IMG/VR virus record: IMGVR_UViG_3300032053_004601
Span: 1 to 42,231 of that record
DNA length: 42,231 bases
Source: a virus
Taxonomy: Duplodnaviria > Caudoviricetes
Reading direction: 5' to 3' (one strand)
Shown here: positions 1 through 10,100 of the stretch, piece after piece
How positions within the stretch are numbered: the first letter of the stretch is position 1
How the letters are laid out: each line of letters opens with the position of its first letter
Notes under the pieces: generated by a model
Told to the model about the DNA's origin: nothing
Seen by the model: the letters and a program-made list of their open reading frames with translations, nothing else
Database searches by the model: none
Position numbers and translations under genes: made by a program

Positions 1-1507
1 CATTTCCAACATCTACAATTTTTGAAATTACGTTTTTACTATTGGCAGATTTAGTAGAATTTGGCTCTTCTTTGACGGGCTTGAACATATTATCTTCGTC
101 ACCAAACTCTTTAAGTTTTTTTCTGGCAGCTCTAAGTTCTTTATCAACATTTTCTCCCCATTCTTTAAGAGGATTCCCATGCATCTTGTACTCATTAACT
201 TTTGTAAGATAATCATACAGAGTTACCAATCCACCAATAACGAGCGTAATAATTCCAGCCCAGCCAATAAAAGCAGCTGCTTTATTCATAGCCAATGTAG
301 ACAATCTTGCCGCTTCCGATGCATCTTTTACACCCTTAAGATTAACTATATACCTAGCCAAAACTTGAGTGGCATTATTTACCGTACTCATAAGAGTACC
401 AAAAATGGCTATCAATGGAGATACAGCCGTCATAAGCAAAACAGCCTTTACTCCGGTAGAAGCGATGGCTCCGGCAGCCTCTTTATGTTTTCCTATCCAG
501 CCATTCATACTCTTAACAACCTCAACTATCCAACTCACATATGATTTTAAGGTAGGAAGCATCTCATCAAGTAGTTGATAATAAACACCTTTAAGACCAA
601 GTTTCATCTCCTCCATTTTTCCACTAAAGTCTTCTGCGGCCCTAGCGGTCTTCTCACTAATAACCGCTCCAAGTTCTTCCGCCGCTTTCATAGCTTCTTT
701 TAATCCTTCCGGACCAAGATTCAAAAATGGAATCAATGCTCTTCCATACCTACCCATTAATATTTGTGAAACTTGTAACTTCTTTCCTACATCGTCCATT
801 TCAGCAAGTGTTTTTGAAACATCCATAAGAACGTCTTTAATATTTCTTTTCTGCTTTGTTGCAACATCCACAAGTTCAATACCGTACTTTTTAAATGTCT
901 TTGCCATCAAAGATGTTTGTTTTTCTGCCATCGCCATATTTCTACCAAGTTGTTGCATACCATATCCAACATACTGTAAAGAAACCCCAGACTTTGCCGC
1001 AGCCAGTTGCAAAGCAGACAAGTCTTCTACAGAAACACCAGTCCGTTGATGCATATACCAAAGACTTTCAGCATAAGCCAACGCCTGTTTTGTTGCCATA
1101 ACCGCACCCGCAGTAATAAGCGTAAATATGGCAGTAAGTTTCATTCCTATTTGTTGTATAGCTTGACCACTCTGTGTAAATGAATTTATAAATCCACCAA
1201 ATTTCTGGTTCACACCAGCCATTACTTCACTAAGTCCCCCCATAAAGCCCTTCGCTACATCTATAGCAAAACCAAATTTTCCAGCAAATCCCTGAGCCTC
1301 TTGAAACCCCTTTGCCGTTGCTGAAAGAGCTTGGCGCAAACTCATCGTAGTCTGTTCCATCCCCCCAACAGCCGCCCCTACCCCCTCGGTAGCCACCTTC
1401 ATCTTGTCTGTGGCATTAACGTAATCGTCTCCAAAATTAATTATAGAGACAGACCCTTGATTATCGAGTGTGATTACAAAAGGAAGTTCTAACTGTTCAT
1501 TCGCCAT
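1..1507 (-). CDS. tail tape measure protein (3' end runs off window)
   Basis: Not in ORF track; translated by hand from ATG 1507: MANEQLELPFVITLDNQG...QRTGVSVEDLSALQLAAAKSG...MGRYGRALIPFLNLGPEGL... Ala/Gly-rich helical and open to position 1. Follows the tail chaperone genes. Confidence 0.9.
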   Translation of the reverse strand, partial: MANEQLELPFVITLDNQGSVSIINFGDDYVNATDKMKVATEGVGAAVGGMEQTTMSLRQALSATAKGFQEAQGFAGKFGFAIDVAKGFMGGLSEVMAGVNQKFGGFINSFTQSGQAIQQIGMKLTAIFTLITAGAVMATKQALAYAESLWYMHQRTGVSVEDLSALQLAAAKSGVSLQYVGYGMQQLGRNMAMAEKQTSLMAKTFKKYGIELVDVATKQKRNIKDVLMDVSKTLAEMDDVGKKLQVSQILMGRYGRALIPFLNLGPEGLKEAMKAAEELGAVISEKTARAAEDFSGKMEEMKLGLKGVYYQLLDEMLPTLKSYVSWIVEVVKSMNGWIGKHKEAAGAIASTGVKAVLLMTAVSPLIAIFGTLMSTVNNATQVLARYIVNLKGVKDASEAARLSTLAMNKAAAFIGWAGIITLVIGGLVTLYDYLTKVNEYKMHGNPLKEWGENVDKELRAARKKLKEFGDEDNMFKPVKEEPNSTKSANSKNVISKIVDVGN

Positions 1508-1898
1508 CGGCTCGGCCTTTCATATCGTCAGAAGGACGATTTTCCTTCTTTGCCAACCGCTTCTCATTGGCAACATCAATCATGTACAGAAGCTTACCGG
1601 ACAGCCTGATAGCCGCTGACTCACCGACTTCTAACAAGTCGCATAATGACCTGACCAACTGAGGGTCAAATTTTAAGATACCGACATTGGTATCGACAGA
1701 TTGCGTGAGTAGAATCCCGAAGATGAACCATGCGTCCGAATTCGCCTGCAAGAGCGAAGGAACGCCTTTGGGACACAGGCCATCTTCGTCCAGCTTCTCG
1801 CAATTCGGTCTAAGATTCTTCGGAAGCTGGTCAAATACCCTTTTACAATCCTTGCAGTTCTTGGCATTTGGAGTTTCTACCCACGCAACTATTTTTCC
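1497..1898 (-). CDS. tail assembly chaperone, frameshifted (T) segment of G-T fusion
   Basis: The -1 frame is open from the slippery site: GKIVAWVETPNAKNCKDCKR...CPKGVPSLLQANSDAWF..., continuous with the 1497..1751 ORF. Canonical position before the tape measure gene. Confidence 0.75.
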   Translation of the reverse strand, partial: GKIVAWVETPNAKNCKDCKRVFDQLPKNLRPNCEKLDEDGLCPKGVPSLLQANSDAWFIFGILLTQSVDTNVGILKFDPQLVRSLCDLLEVGESAAIRLSGKLLYMIDVANEKRLAKKENRPSDDMKGRADGE

Positions 1899-2350
1899 AG
1901 ATTCGTCATCTCCTTCTCGGCCTTCTTTTTGTCTTCTTCAAACTGTTCCGGAGTCGTGGCAATGGAAAGTACCCAGTTCTCAAAGTCCGAACTGTTCCAG
2001 AGCAGGGAAATGCGATTTTCCAAATTGGACTCGATTTCCATATCATCGCTAACGCCGGAGTCAAGTTTGACGGGCCAGAGCCTCTTGAACTTGGCTACCG
2101 TCAATCCCTTCCATCCCTTGACCACGCTTTCGGCCCAGACCTTGGCAACACGCCTGCGGTCCACTTCCTGCTCCTGCTTCCGGGTTTCAGCATTCCACTT
2201 TCTAATAGTGGATTCGTCATAAATCCGAAGCATCTCCTGCTTCCCGACAAATGCTATTTCAACCTGAAACCCAGAAATACTGGGATACTCCATCCAGACA
2301 GTAACGCCTTTCATCTGCGTACTGTCAATTAACCGTTGAAGGTCTACCAT
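1889..2350 (-). CDS. tail assembly chaperone (G-like)
   Basis: 153 aa, VKGWKGL motif, lies between tail tube and tape measure, AGGAGGT RBS. Confidence 0.8.
   Translation of the reverse strand: MVDLQRLIDSTQMKGVTVWMEYPSISGFQVEIAFVGKQEMLRIYDESTIRKWNAETRKQEQEVDRRRVAKVWAESVVKGWKGLTVAKFKRLWPVKLDSGVSDDMEIESNLENRISLLWNSSDFENWVLSIATTPEQFEEDKKKAEKEMTNLEK
1892..1898 (-). other. programmed -1 ribosomal frameshift site GGAAAAA
   Basis: CTG GAA AAA TAG ends the chaperone ORF, and a -1 slip gives a long open frame. Analogous to lambda G/GT. Confidence 0.75.
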
Positions 2351-2374
2351 TAATCCTACCTCCTATAAGTAAAT

Positions 2375-3529
2375 TTACTTAAACGTCACTTTTATTTCAT
2401 CGTCTCCGGCTGCCCCACCAACGGCTGTGAACGGAAGTTCAATCATGATTTCCTCGTCCCCAGAAATGACCGGAGTCTTGTACTCAATCTTCGGGCAGGA
2501 AATCTCCATGATTTTTCCCGCAACGCTGCCAGCAGGAACGATAAGCGCGTCCTGAATCTGGTAGTCGGAACGATAGAAATAAGTCGGCATGTTCTTGTAG
2601 AAGTAAAGTCTCAGTGTCCCCGACACATCCCGGAATCCCGGTGCGCCGTAAATCGTGGGGACAACAAGCCCGTTCTTCAGGTCTGTATAGTACTTGATGT
2701 TGTTGTTAATCGTAATCGTAGCCGACAGAACAATAGCCGTATTCGTATCAATGGTCAGATAGCCGAGCTTTCCGTGTACGGGCGCACCCACTTCAACTCC
2801 ATTGGCAGGGAACCACGCCTCAACAGCGGACCCGGAATTAACAACTGCTCCAACAGCCGGACTAATAGCCAAAGTATTTGTAGTGTAGTTTACGCCAGTG
2901 ACAAGAAACCCCAATCCGGTATTAGTAGCAGACCCAATCGTAACCCTAGAAAGTTCTGTGTAACGAGTGGCATCATCAACATGAATATGGTCATCGGGGG
3001 CAGCTGTAGTCGTAGCCAAAATAGAATGACCCGCCCGATACCACTTCATGAACTGCCCGCTCCACGCAACAGAAGCTATGTCGGCTCCCGAGACGTTGAC
3101 TTCTCCCTGATTGACCGTGCATCCTGCCATGTAAAAGACCGTATGACCGACCTTTCTAAGAAGAGAAAAAGACGGCAGGTTCGTAGTGCTGTCAAGCGTG
3201 TAGTCAATTTTGACATTTGGAGTAGGCGTGTTATCGCCCATAAGACATTCCCAAAGAACGTCCGTCTCAGGCTTGGTCCCGGCAACACCGGAGGGCTTCA
3301 CATAGGTATTGAAGCTCCAAGAACCGGGATTCGTCCGGGCCTTGATAGGGGTAGAACGACTGCGCCGCGCCCTGACCTGAGCGTCATCAAGAAATTCGAT
3401 TTCCTGATTCGTAGTAGCCGCACCAACCGCAAGGACCATATCCGTTGCAGTCGGGTAAACCAGAGTACCTTCGACTTGCTCCTTCTTGACAAACAGTTGC
3501 TCTTCGTTTGCAAGAGAAAATTTCTTCAT
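2375..3529 (-). CDS. major tail tube protein
   Basis: 384 aa, beta-rich; KPSGVAGTKPETDVLWECLMG and GFRDVSGTLRLYF; apparent central inserted domain; upstream of chaperones. Confidence 0.8.
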   Translation of the reverse strand: MKKFSLANEEQLFVKKEQVEGTLVYPTATDMVLAVGAATTNQEIEFLDDAQVRARRSRSTPIKARTNPGSWSFNTYVKPSGVAGTKPETDVLWECLMGDNTPTPNVKIDYTLDSTTNLPSFSLLRKVGHTVFYMAGCTVNQGEVNVSGADIASVAWSGQFMKWYRAGHSILATTTAAPDDHIHVDDATRYTELSRVTIGSATNTGLGFLVTGVNYTTNTLAISPAVGAVVNSGSAVEAWFPANGVEVGAPVHGKLGYLTIDTNTAIVLSATITINNNIKYYTDLKNGLVVPTIYGAPGFRDVSGTLRLYFYKNMPTYFYRSDYQIQDALIVPAGSVAGKIMEISCPKIEYKTPVISGDEEIMIELPFTAVGGAAGDDEIKVTFK

Positions 3530-3789
3530 TTGTTATCCTCCAATTTGATAAGTTCCGTCTTTACCTCCCATCCCACGGCTTTTCCATACATCAAAACAGA
3601 AGTCTTAATGCTGTTAAAGACTCGTTCAGGGACTTCTACCCAAACCCCCATAGGTGCTTCTCCGAACCCAGAGATTTTCCTATTGGCATTGCTAGACTTA
3701 ACATAGTATTTAGAAATTGTGAATGTCTTCGGTTTTTGTATGGGCGGTTCCACTTGTTTTTGTTTCTTTGGTTGATAGTAATTAGGCAT
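3526..3789 (-). CDS. hypothetical virion-module protein
   Basis: ORF coupled between tail-completion and tube genes; probable start MPNYY at 3789. Confidence 0.5.
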   Translation of the reverse strand: MPNYYQPKKQKQVEPPIQKPKTFTISKYYVKSSNANRKISGFGEAPMGVWVEVPERVFNSIKTSVLMYGKAVGWEVKTELIKLEDNK

Positions 3790-4204
3790 CTGATATCCTC
3801 TTTTCATACTTCATTTCTATCGTGGCAATAACCTTCCACATGGGGAATTCCCCTGAATTTCTAATATCCGAAACCGATACAGAAGCGCAGGTCTCGTTCA
3901 ATGTAGGGTCTCCTCCAAGTGCATCTTTTACCTCCTTGAACAGGGCTTCACCCTGCTCCCAGTCTGTATTAACACCCAAATAGTAACAAGTCAACACAAC
4001 CCGGTTTCTCCACAAGGCATGCCTGCCTGTTAAATACGGCATAGGAATCTCAGAACTCGGTACTATTTCTATCAAAGGGTATTCTGCGGCGGAATACTCA
4101 TCAGTGTCTATTGGTCCAGATGAAACAACTACTGTTTTCATACTTGTAGTCATAAGTATTGTAGCCAATCTGTCCAGTTGCAAGTGACGAGTAGAGTCTG
4201 CCAT
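3782..4204 (-). CDS. tail terminator/completion-like protein
   Basis: 140 aa; YPLIEI and ALGGDPTLNETC pattern; size and position fit gpU/gp17-like proteins. Confidence 0.55.
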   Translation of the reverse strand: MADSTRHLQLDRLATILMTTSMKTVVVSSGPIDTDEYSAAEYPLIEIVPSSEIPMPYLTGRHALWRNRVVLTCYYLGVNTDWEQGEALFKEVKDALGGDPTLNETCASVSVSDIRNSGEFPMWKVIATIEMKYEKRISDA

Positions 4205-4214
4205 GATGATTTTC

Positions 4215-4631
4215 CTAAACCTGCCCTAGATATGAGACGTTGACCATAAAGATAGCCGCACAGTGTGGCTCCATAAACCCTTGGTCCGTACTAATTGAGG
4301 CTACTTCTACCCCATAGGCCACGCCACCCGCAGAACCATCGGAAGTAAGCGCAGTAAGACCCTGCGTAATAAGAGTGTTCAAAAGAGTGGACATATTACC
4401 ATCTTCGCTTTTACTAAAAATTACAACCGTGTAAGATGCAGTTATTAAAAGGACATCCGAGCAAACATATTTTCTACTCTCCCGAAGTTCGTTCAAAAAG
4501 GCGGACGGGTATTCATAGTTCTCAAAATTCTCCATGTGCTGTCTGTCTACCCGCTTCATTCCAGAGATTCCCAGCAGGGCAGACTCAAGCCATGCAGCTA
4601 TTGCTTCCCTTGTTCCAAAATAAATTCCCAT
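4215..4631 (-). CDS. tail terminator/completion-like protein (paralog of neighbour)
   Basis: 138 aa; YPSAFL and ALTSDGSAGG, with the same layout as 3782..4204. Confidence 0.55.
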   Translation of the reverse strand: MGIYFGTREAIAAWLESALLGISGMKRVDRQHMENFENYEYPSAFLNELRESRKYVCSDVLLITASYTVVIFSKSEDGNMSTLLNTLITQGLTALTSDGSAGGVAYGVEVASISTDQGFMEPHCAAIFMVNVSYLGQV

Positions 4632-5200
4632 TATTGCGGCTCCGCTTCTTTACTTGCTTCTTGCATTTTTACTCTTATACTGTACTGTACAATATCCGAA
4701 ATTGCTTTATTGACTTCGGTAAGTTGATTGAACAAAGCTCTTTTTGTTTGCCGGACCATGCCATAAGGAGTTGTTCCGGGATGCCAAACTAAAGAGGCAA
4801 AAATCTCAGTTCCATCAGAAATAGTAAAGTGAAGTGGTTTTCCGGGTACGACAACCGGGGTAGTTCCACCACGGATAAAATGCGGCCTCGTTCCGTATTC
4901 AAGGAATCGCAAAAGAGGATACGCATTCGGACTCGTATTATGGATGATTATTTTATCAATAAACCCTTCGTTATCTAACTCAGCATCTCTCGTCCAATAA
5001 TTACCAACGTGGTCGGGGGCGTTATGCATCTGTGGGGTAAGACGTTTCAGCATAGCCAAAGTCCCCTCTTGCCCATCTATGGTAGTAACCTCGTCTGCGG
5101 TAAGGCTCCAAACAACATCTCCGGCATACTTCTTAAAGTTTTTCATCTCCCCTATAGCGGCGGCGAAGACGGCATCTGGAGTCTGTAACTTGAATTTCAT
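4631..5200 (-). CDS. HK97 gp10-like neck/tail completion protein
   Basis: FLEYGTRPH...WHPGTTP motif and position. Confidence 0.65.
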   Translation of the reverse strand: MKFKLQTPDAVFAAAIGEMKNFKKYAGDVVWSLTADEVTTIDGQEGTLAMLKRLTPQMHNAPDHVGNYWTRDAELDNEGFIDKIIIHNTSPNAYPLLRFLEYGTRPHFIRGGTTPVVVPGKPLHFTISDGTEIFASLVWHPGTTPYGMVRQTKRALFNQLTEVNKAISDIVQYSIRVKMQEASKEAEPQ

Positions 5201-5892
5201 GGGAACATATTCTTCCTTGATTCAACGCTAAGATACTCATTGAATCTTTGACGTAATTTCTGAGCGTCCTGAAGAGTTGGGTCCGCCTGAGACCACGGAA
5301 GCATACCGCCCGTGTGCGAGACAGCCGTAAGTCTCCGTCTTTTTCTAGCTACGAACTCAAGAGCTTCTGCCGTACAGTACCAGACCATTAGTTTTTCAAA
5401 GCGGTCTGGAAGGGAGTCAAGAGTCCAGCGAGAAACACCTATGTACCAGACTTTGTCTCCTGCAGTCGTTGGAGGAGGAATCAAGAACAACTTGTTATCC
5501 TGAATTCTGAACATCCAGTCATGCGTATCCCGAACCTTTTTCTTTGCCAACGCATCGACAAATTCCTTATAAATTCCGGTCTCTACATCGTAAGGTCCGG
5601 GAGTAACGCCCGGAATGAAAACGTCAAAATCCGTATCGAACAAATCCCCAAGAGTTGACCCACCACTCCAGTCACAAAACAAGACATCTTTAATTCCAGA
5701 AGCTAAAGAATAATCTGGCTGGTTTTTGACAGTCGTGATGGAATATATATTCCAGTTAGATACAGATTCGCTGATTTTATCCAGACAGTCCTGCACCATC
5801 TGGGTAATATCATTATCAGCTATTTCGTCTTCTTTAGGATTACCTGACTCAGCCCTTGTCCGGCTCAGGACTACCGCTTCCCTCACTGGCAT
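5197..5892 (-). CDS. head-tail adaptor/neck protein
   Basis: First structural-type gene of the neck block; probable start MPVRE at 5892 after GAGGA; KLFLIPPP motif. Confidence 0.55.
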   Translation of the reverse strand: MPVREAVVLSRTRAESGNPKEDEIADNDITQMVQDCLDKISESVSNWNIYSITTVKNQPDYSLASGIKDVLFCDWSGGSTLGDLFDTDFDVFIPGVTPGPYDVETGIYKEFVDALAKKKVRDTHDWMFRIQDNKLFLIPPPTTAGDKVWYIGVSRWTLDSLPDRFEKLMVWYCTAEALEFVARKRRRLTAVSHTGGMLPWSQADPTLQDAQKLRQRFNEYLSVESRKNMFP

Positions 5893-6118
5893 TTGATTCC
5901 TCCTCGTCTTCGTCAGGAACAATGTCCTCTGCGTTAATTACCAAGACCTTCTCCCGAGCAAGTTTTGCCCTAAGTATATTTTCACTCTTTCCCGGTTTGA
6001 CTTCAACTGCGTCTCCCAAAGCATTGTAAAAAATCTCAGGATTCTTCCCCTTGTTTGTCACTATCTCCTTGTAGTACTGAATCCTGTCTGTAAGAACAAC
6101 ACCATTTTTTTCTGTCAT
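5849..6118 (-). CDS. small protein with EIFYN module shared with the glycosyltransferases
   Basis: 89 aa; VTNKGKNPEIFYNALGDAVEVKPG; acidic tail; AAGGAG RBS. Confidence 0.65.
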   Translation of the reverse strand: MTEKNGVVLTDRIQYYKEIVTNKGKNPEIFYNALGDAVEVKPGKSENILRAKLAREKVLVINAEDIVPDEDEEESNASEGSGSPEPDKG

Positions 6119-6167
6119 GATTACTCCTTCTTATAAGATGACCACAAATTTCTAAACATTTCCAGTC

Positions 6168-7253
6168 CTAAATAAACTCCGAAAGAAGCCTGTCTCTGCC
6201 AGATAAACAGGACTCAATTACCTCATTGGTAAGGGTCAGACCACATTTTGGACAATCTTTTGGGTTTATAGATATAATTTTCTCAAGATGCTCTTGGCTT
6301 CCCCACAACTTTATTAGCTCCGAAAAATTATCGTACTTTCCAAGATTTAAAGTATTATCTCCTCTGCGGTCAGGACACAGGTAAAATACCTTATTTGCCG
6401 CAAATACACCCGTCAATGGTAGTACTGAACACCTCTCAAATCTGACAATCTTATCCCAATCTCTTCCAACTTTCTGAACAATCCCGTAGATATGAAAGTC
6501 AGGAGATTCAAGTTCAAGCCTAGCATCCTTAATGTATATTTCAGATATTTTCCTAACTCCGACTCCATACTTGTAATGAGGAAGCCACATAGGTCTGATA
6601 TGAACCTCGTCAACACCTATGCGTTTTGCTATGCTGCAAAAGGAGCGTATATCAGCATAGTTTAAATGATGAATAATAAACTTCATCGTGATTACCGGAG
6701 ATTTTTCTTTTCCTCTTTCAGAAACAAGAGATTGAATCCCATTTATAACTTTTTCAAGCGTCCCCAACGGAGCTTTCTTAATTTTCTGATATGTCGCTTC
6801 GGTAGCGGCATCAACGGTAACACCAACCCAAGAGGCTCGTAATAATAGCTCTCGTATCTTTTCATTGTTAAGAGAAGTTCCGTTTGTCTTTACTCCTATA
6901 TGCTGTTCGTTCTTATATGCCGCAGCTAAAAATTCTTGTATTTTAGGATGTAGTAAAGGTTCTCCTCCAGAAAGAGTAATATTTTTAACCCCCCACTCTG
7001 AGAGGTTATTAGGAAGAGAAATGAAAATACCGTCAGGAATCGATGTTGGAGAGTTATTTCTAAAATCTCTATTCTTGCACCACATGCAGTTGACATTGCA
7101 GTTGTTTGTTGGGTCAACTGTAACAGAAAGAGGTGGAGGAAGTTCTTTACTATCTCCTCTCATCCAGACAAGAACTTTTTCAGCATGTTCTTTTTCGGCA
7201 AGAATCCTCATACTATTAAAACTATGATAATTATATGTCCATTCTTTCCACAT
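6168..7253 (-). CDS. radical SAM protein with C-terminal SPASM/Twitch-like cysteines
   Basis: CNVNCMWC (CxxxCxxC), SGGEPLL, TNGT; C-terminal C...CPD...CPKC. Confidence 0.9.
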   Translation of the reverse strand: MWKEWTYNYHSFNSMRILAEKEHAEKVLVWMRGDSKELPPPLSVTVDPTNNCNVNCMWCKNRDFRNNSPTSIPDGIFISLPNNLSEWGVKNITLSGGEPLLHPKIQEFLAAAYKNEQHIGVKTNGTSLNNEKIRELLLRASWVGVTVDAATEATYQKIKKAPLGTLEKVINGIQSLVSERGKEKSPVITMKFIIHHLNYADIRSFCSIAKRIGVDEVHIRPMWLPHYKYGVGVRKISEIYIKDARLELESPDFHIYGIVQKVGRDWDKIVRFERCSVLPLTGVFAANKVFYLCPDRRGDNTLNLGKYDNFSELIKLWGSQEHLEKIISINPKDCPKCGLTLTNEVIESCLSGRDRLLSEFI

Positions 7254-7265
7254 TAGAATTCTCCT

Positions 7266-7520
7266 TCACTTCAAATTTTTCTTTGTTCTATCAGCTGATT
7301 GTGCTGCTGTGTATTTCAACTTTATAGCGTCAGTTCCAGAAATACCTGCAATTAAGATACAAGCTATCCAAGTTGATTTATCTACCAGACTTGTCAGTAG
7401 AGGCATATCAAGACTTGCTATTTTTACAAGATACAAAGAACCAAAGTTCAGAACTGCCCACCCAATAGCAACCCGAACTCTACGACTCCATTTTCTGCCA
7501 TTTCCTGCTTCTTCGTTCAT
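7266..7520 (-). CDS. small two-TM membrane protein
   Basis: Two hydrophobic segments; probable start MNEEAG after AGGAG. Confidence 0.55.
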   Translation of the reverse strand: MNEEAGNGRKWSRRVRVAIGWAVLNFGSLYLVKIASLDMPLLTSLVDKSTWIACILIAGISGTDAIKLKYTAAQSADRTKKNLK

Positions 7521-8715
7521 GTGTCTCCTCAAACTCTTTATTCAATTTTCTAAAGTTTTCCAACTCCAAATTAACGCACCCAAATGTCTTAATATCCCCT
7601 CCCTCTTGCGGGTCCGTTTCAAGGTCGTATAGTTCTTCTGCTTCGTCGTTTGTTAAAATATACTTATACTCTCCAGCCAAAATTGCTTTTTTTCTTGTGA
7701 AGTTAAATAATGCTAAGAAAGATGCAGGCTCAAGATTTTCCCAAATCTTATCTGTCCAAACCTCACTGACAATAAAGTCATGTGATTTATCAGATAGCAG
7801 ATTTATTCCATCTCCATACGACTCAACGTCAAGAATAGTTGGAGCTATATCGATAAGAGAAACTAATTTTTCACTGGTTGCAGCAACCCGTCCGGGATAG
7901 TAGACAGCAAGAGGAACGCTTATGACAGACTCGTAAAGGCTATAGGAATGCGCTCCCCACCCCTTGTCCCACAGCTCCTCTCCGTGGTCAGATGTAAATA
8001 TGACCATCGTATCATCTAAATATCCGTACTCCTCAAGGAATACGAAGATTTTCCCAAGCTTCATATCGTACTGAAACGCAGCTTCTCCGTAATAATGAAT
8101 GGCTTCTCTTCGCAGAGTGACATCGGCAGCCGGAGACGAAGATGTCTTGTATGAATTGAAAGACCCTTCTTTCTGTCTTGGAATCAAATCCTTATGCTTG
8201 TTTCGCCTTTCCCACGCGCCATAAGATTCATGCGTGTCAAAGTCTTGAGAATAAAAGAAAAAAGGAGGCTCTTCTTTAAGTGACTGAACAGTATCCATGA
8301 ATTCTTTTTCCTCAAGATATATCCAGTCTCTGGCCTTAAAAGAGTCAAATCCGTCATTAAGTTTGAAGGTATCAATCAGAAACCCCCCACCCGTCCGGGC
8401 AACCGTCTTGTACCCCCTTCTGTGCAGAGCAGAAGCCAGACTAAGTCCTTCGTGAATCTTGGGAGAATAAAACTCAGGATGATTCTTCATTATTGAAAAT
8501 ATCTCATTGCGGGACAAGTCCTGAACTCCAAGAGTTCTTGGGTACATTCCCCAAAGCAAGGACATATTTGAAGCCAAGGTCCACGGAGCAGCTGTGTAAG
8601 AATTAAGAAATTTAGTGCATTTTTTATCGATAAAATCGTTAAGAAACGGCATGCAATCACTATTGTATGCAGTATCCGAGCGAAGAGAATCAGCGACGAT
8701 AAGTATTACGTTCAT
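7480..8715 (-). CDS. sulfatase/alkaline-phosphatase superfamily enzyme
   Basis: NVILIVADSLR, SYTAAPWTLAS, IFTSDHGE, VSLIDIAPT, ELYDLETDPQE. Confidence 0.85.
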   Translation of the reverse strand: MNVILIVADSLRSDTAYNSDCMPFLNDFIDKKCTKFLNSYTAAPWTLASNMSLLWGMYPRTLGVQDLSRNEIFSIMKNHPEFYSPKIHEGLSLASALHRRGYKTVARTGGGFLIDTFKLNDGFDSFKARDWIYLEEKEFMDTVQSLKEEPPFFFYSQDFDTHESYGAWERRNKHKDLIPRQKEGSFNSYKTSSSPAADVTLRREAIHYYGEAAFQYDMKLGKIFVFLEEYGYLDDTMVIFTSDHGEELWDKGWGAHSYSLYESVISVPLAVYYPGRVAATSEKLVSLIDIAPTILDVESYGDGINLLSDKSHDFIVSEVWTDKIWENLEPASFLALFNFTRKKAILAGEYKYILTNDEAEELYDLETDPQEGGDIKTFGCVNLELENFRKLNKEFEETHERRSRKWQKMES

Positions 8716-8966
8716 TTTTTGCTATAGTCCTTATATTGCGGGACCACAGGATAACAATGCCCTCCGTTTATAATGGTAGACATCATCTCATCGTACTCCT
8801 GAACCAGCGCATTTCTCTGAAGATTCAATCCATCTATTTTTCTTTTCGCTACAGCTACAGTATGGTCATCGGCTTTGGGGTCGTGTGCAACCTCTTCCTG
8901 ATGCCATAGTTTAAGATTTACTATTGCAAGTTTGTCAATAAGACTGCCCGGAGTTTCCATAGTCAT
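8712..8966 (-). CDS. DUF4254-like small helical protein
   Basis: ETPGSLIDKLAIVNLKLWHQEE...NLQRN. Confidence 0.6.
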   Translation of the reverse strand: MTMETPGSLIDKLAIVNLKLWHQEEVAHDPKADDHTVAVAKRKIDGLNLQRNALVQEYDEMMSTIINGGHCYPVVPQYKDYSKK

Positions 8967-9499
8967 TCTCCTATAACAATACCAATGCCATGATTTGCAA
9001 ACCCTTTCTTTGCATGAATGGTTACAAACGATTTACCGTCCATCCCCTGTTTCTTTGTAGTAAGTTCGTTCCAAAACTTTTCAACTTCGTATTTTTGATT
9101 GAAAATGTCATGAAGAGCGACAATACCAGTAACGTATGGAGAGTAAATTTCATAATCTTTTTTAACCGATTCGTATGTATGACAAGCGTCTATAAAAAGA
9201 AGGTCTATTCTTCGTACCTTCAATATCAGTTTCAATTGCTCTAACGTCTTTGGGTCATGCGTATCCCCAAGTATATCTGGAGTAGACTTTTCAGCAGAAC
9301 TATCAATCCCAATGCAAGTAGCACCAAGACCGAACTCATAGAAAATTCGTTGCTTGTTCTCGTACACACCAAGTTCAACAACAACAGGATTTGTTATCTG
9401 TTGCTGTATAAAATAGCTTTCTACAAAATTTAAAAACAAGAACCACTCAGAAGGGTTTTGCCATGGGATAGGATAAATTTCAAATACTTTTTTATTCAT
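8963..9499 (-). CDS. class I SAM-dependent methyltransferase (Methyltransf_24-like)
   Basis: VVELGVY, IDLLFIDACHTYESVKKD, ALHD. Confidence 0.85.
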   Translation of the reverse strand: MNKKVFEIYPIPWQNPSEWFLFLNFVESYFIQQQITNPVVVELGVYENKQRIFYEFGLGATCIGIDSSAEKSTPDILGDTHDPKTLEQLKLILKVRRIDLLFIDACHTYESVKKDYEIYSPYVTGIVALHDIFNQKYEVEKFWNELTTKKQGMDGKSFVTIHAKKGFANHGIGIVIGE

Positions 9500-10100
9500 T
9501 TGACCACTCGCTCATATATCCCCCATGAAGAATAGGACAATGATATCTCCAATCAGCATAATTACTAGGAGTCCTCCAATCTGGACCAAAAAAGACATCC
9601 AACCAAGCTTCGGGTGGACTTGGTACTTTGAACATCTCTCCAGCAAATGGTACAGTTGTAAATTCTTTTAGAATATTTACGGGGTACTCTGTATGCGTTT
9701 CATAACACTTCCATGTTTTCCCCATTCTCCGATTATAAAAGAACAAATCTTTTTGTCTATAATGGCACTGAATCTCAAAAGGAAGTACAAGAGTATCTCC
9801 ATCAAAATGCGTCTTTAACCACAAGATACGTCCGTTTCTAATTTCCTGACCCGTAAAATGGGCTTCGTCGTATAACGGACCTAGTTCATAAAGAATATGC
9901 TCCATACTATCTTCTGACATTACTCCAAGGTCGATATCCTTATCGTATTCAATAAGCCTTCCATCCCGAATAAGACCAAGCAGAGTTCCTGCCATAAGAA
10001 AAACTTCTTCACCAATAGAATCAAGACGCTGCTTCAAAAGAACAAACTCATCCACAACACGGTTCATTCCTATTTTAGAAAATCCAAGTTCTTGGCTCAT
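9492..10100 (-). CDS. LicD/fukutin-family phosphotransferase
   Basis: GTLLGLIRDGRLIEYDKDIDLG and FGPDWRTP. Confidence 0.85.
   Translation of the reverse strand: MSQELGFSKIGMNRVVDEFVLLKQRLDSIGEEVFLMAGTLLGLIRDGRLIEYDKDIDLGVMSEDSMEHILYELGPLYDEAHFTGQEIRNGRILWLKTHFDGDTLVLPFEIQCHYRQKDLFFYNRRMGKTWKCYETHTEYPVNILKEFTTVPFAGEMFKVPSPPEAWLDVFFGPDWRTPSNYADWRYHCPILHGGYMSEWSNE

Noticed and set aside
6168-7253. Radical SAM as QueE, forming a 7-deazaguanine pathway with QueD
   Set aside because: Longer than QueE with an extra Cys domain, sits in the glycan cluster, and no queC, folE or dpdA is seen in the window.
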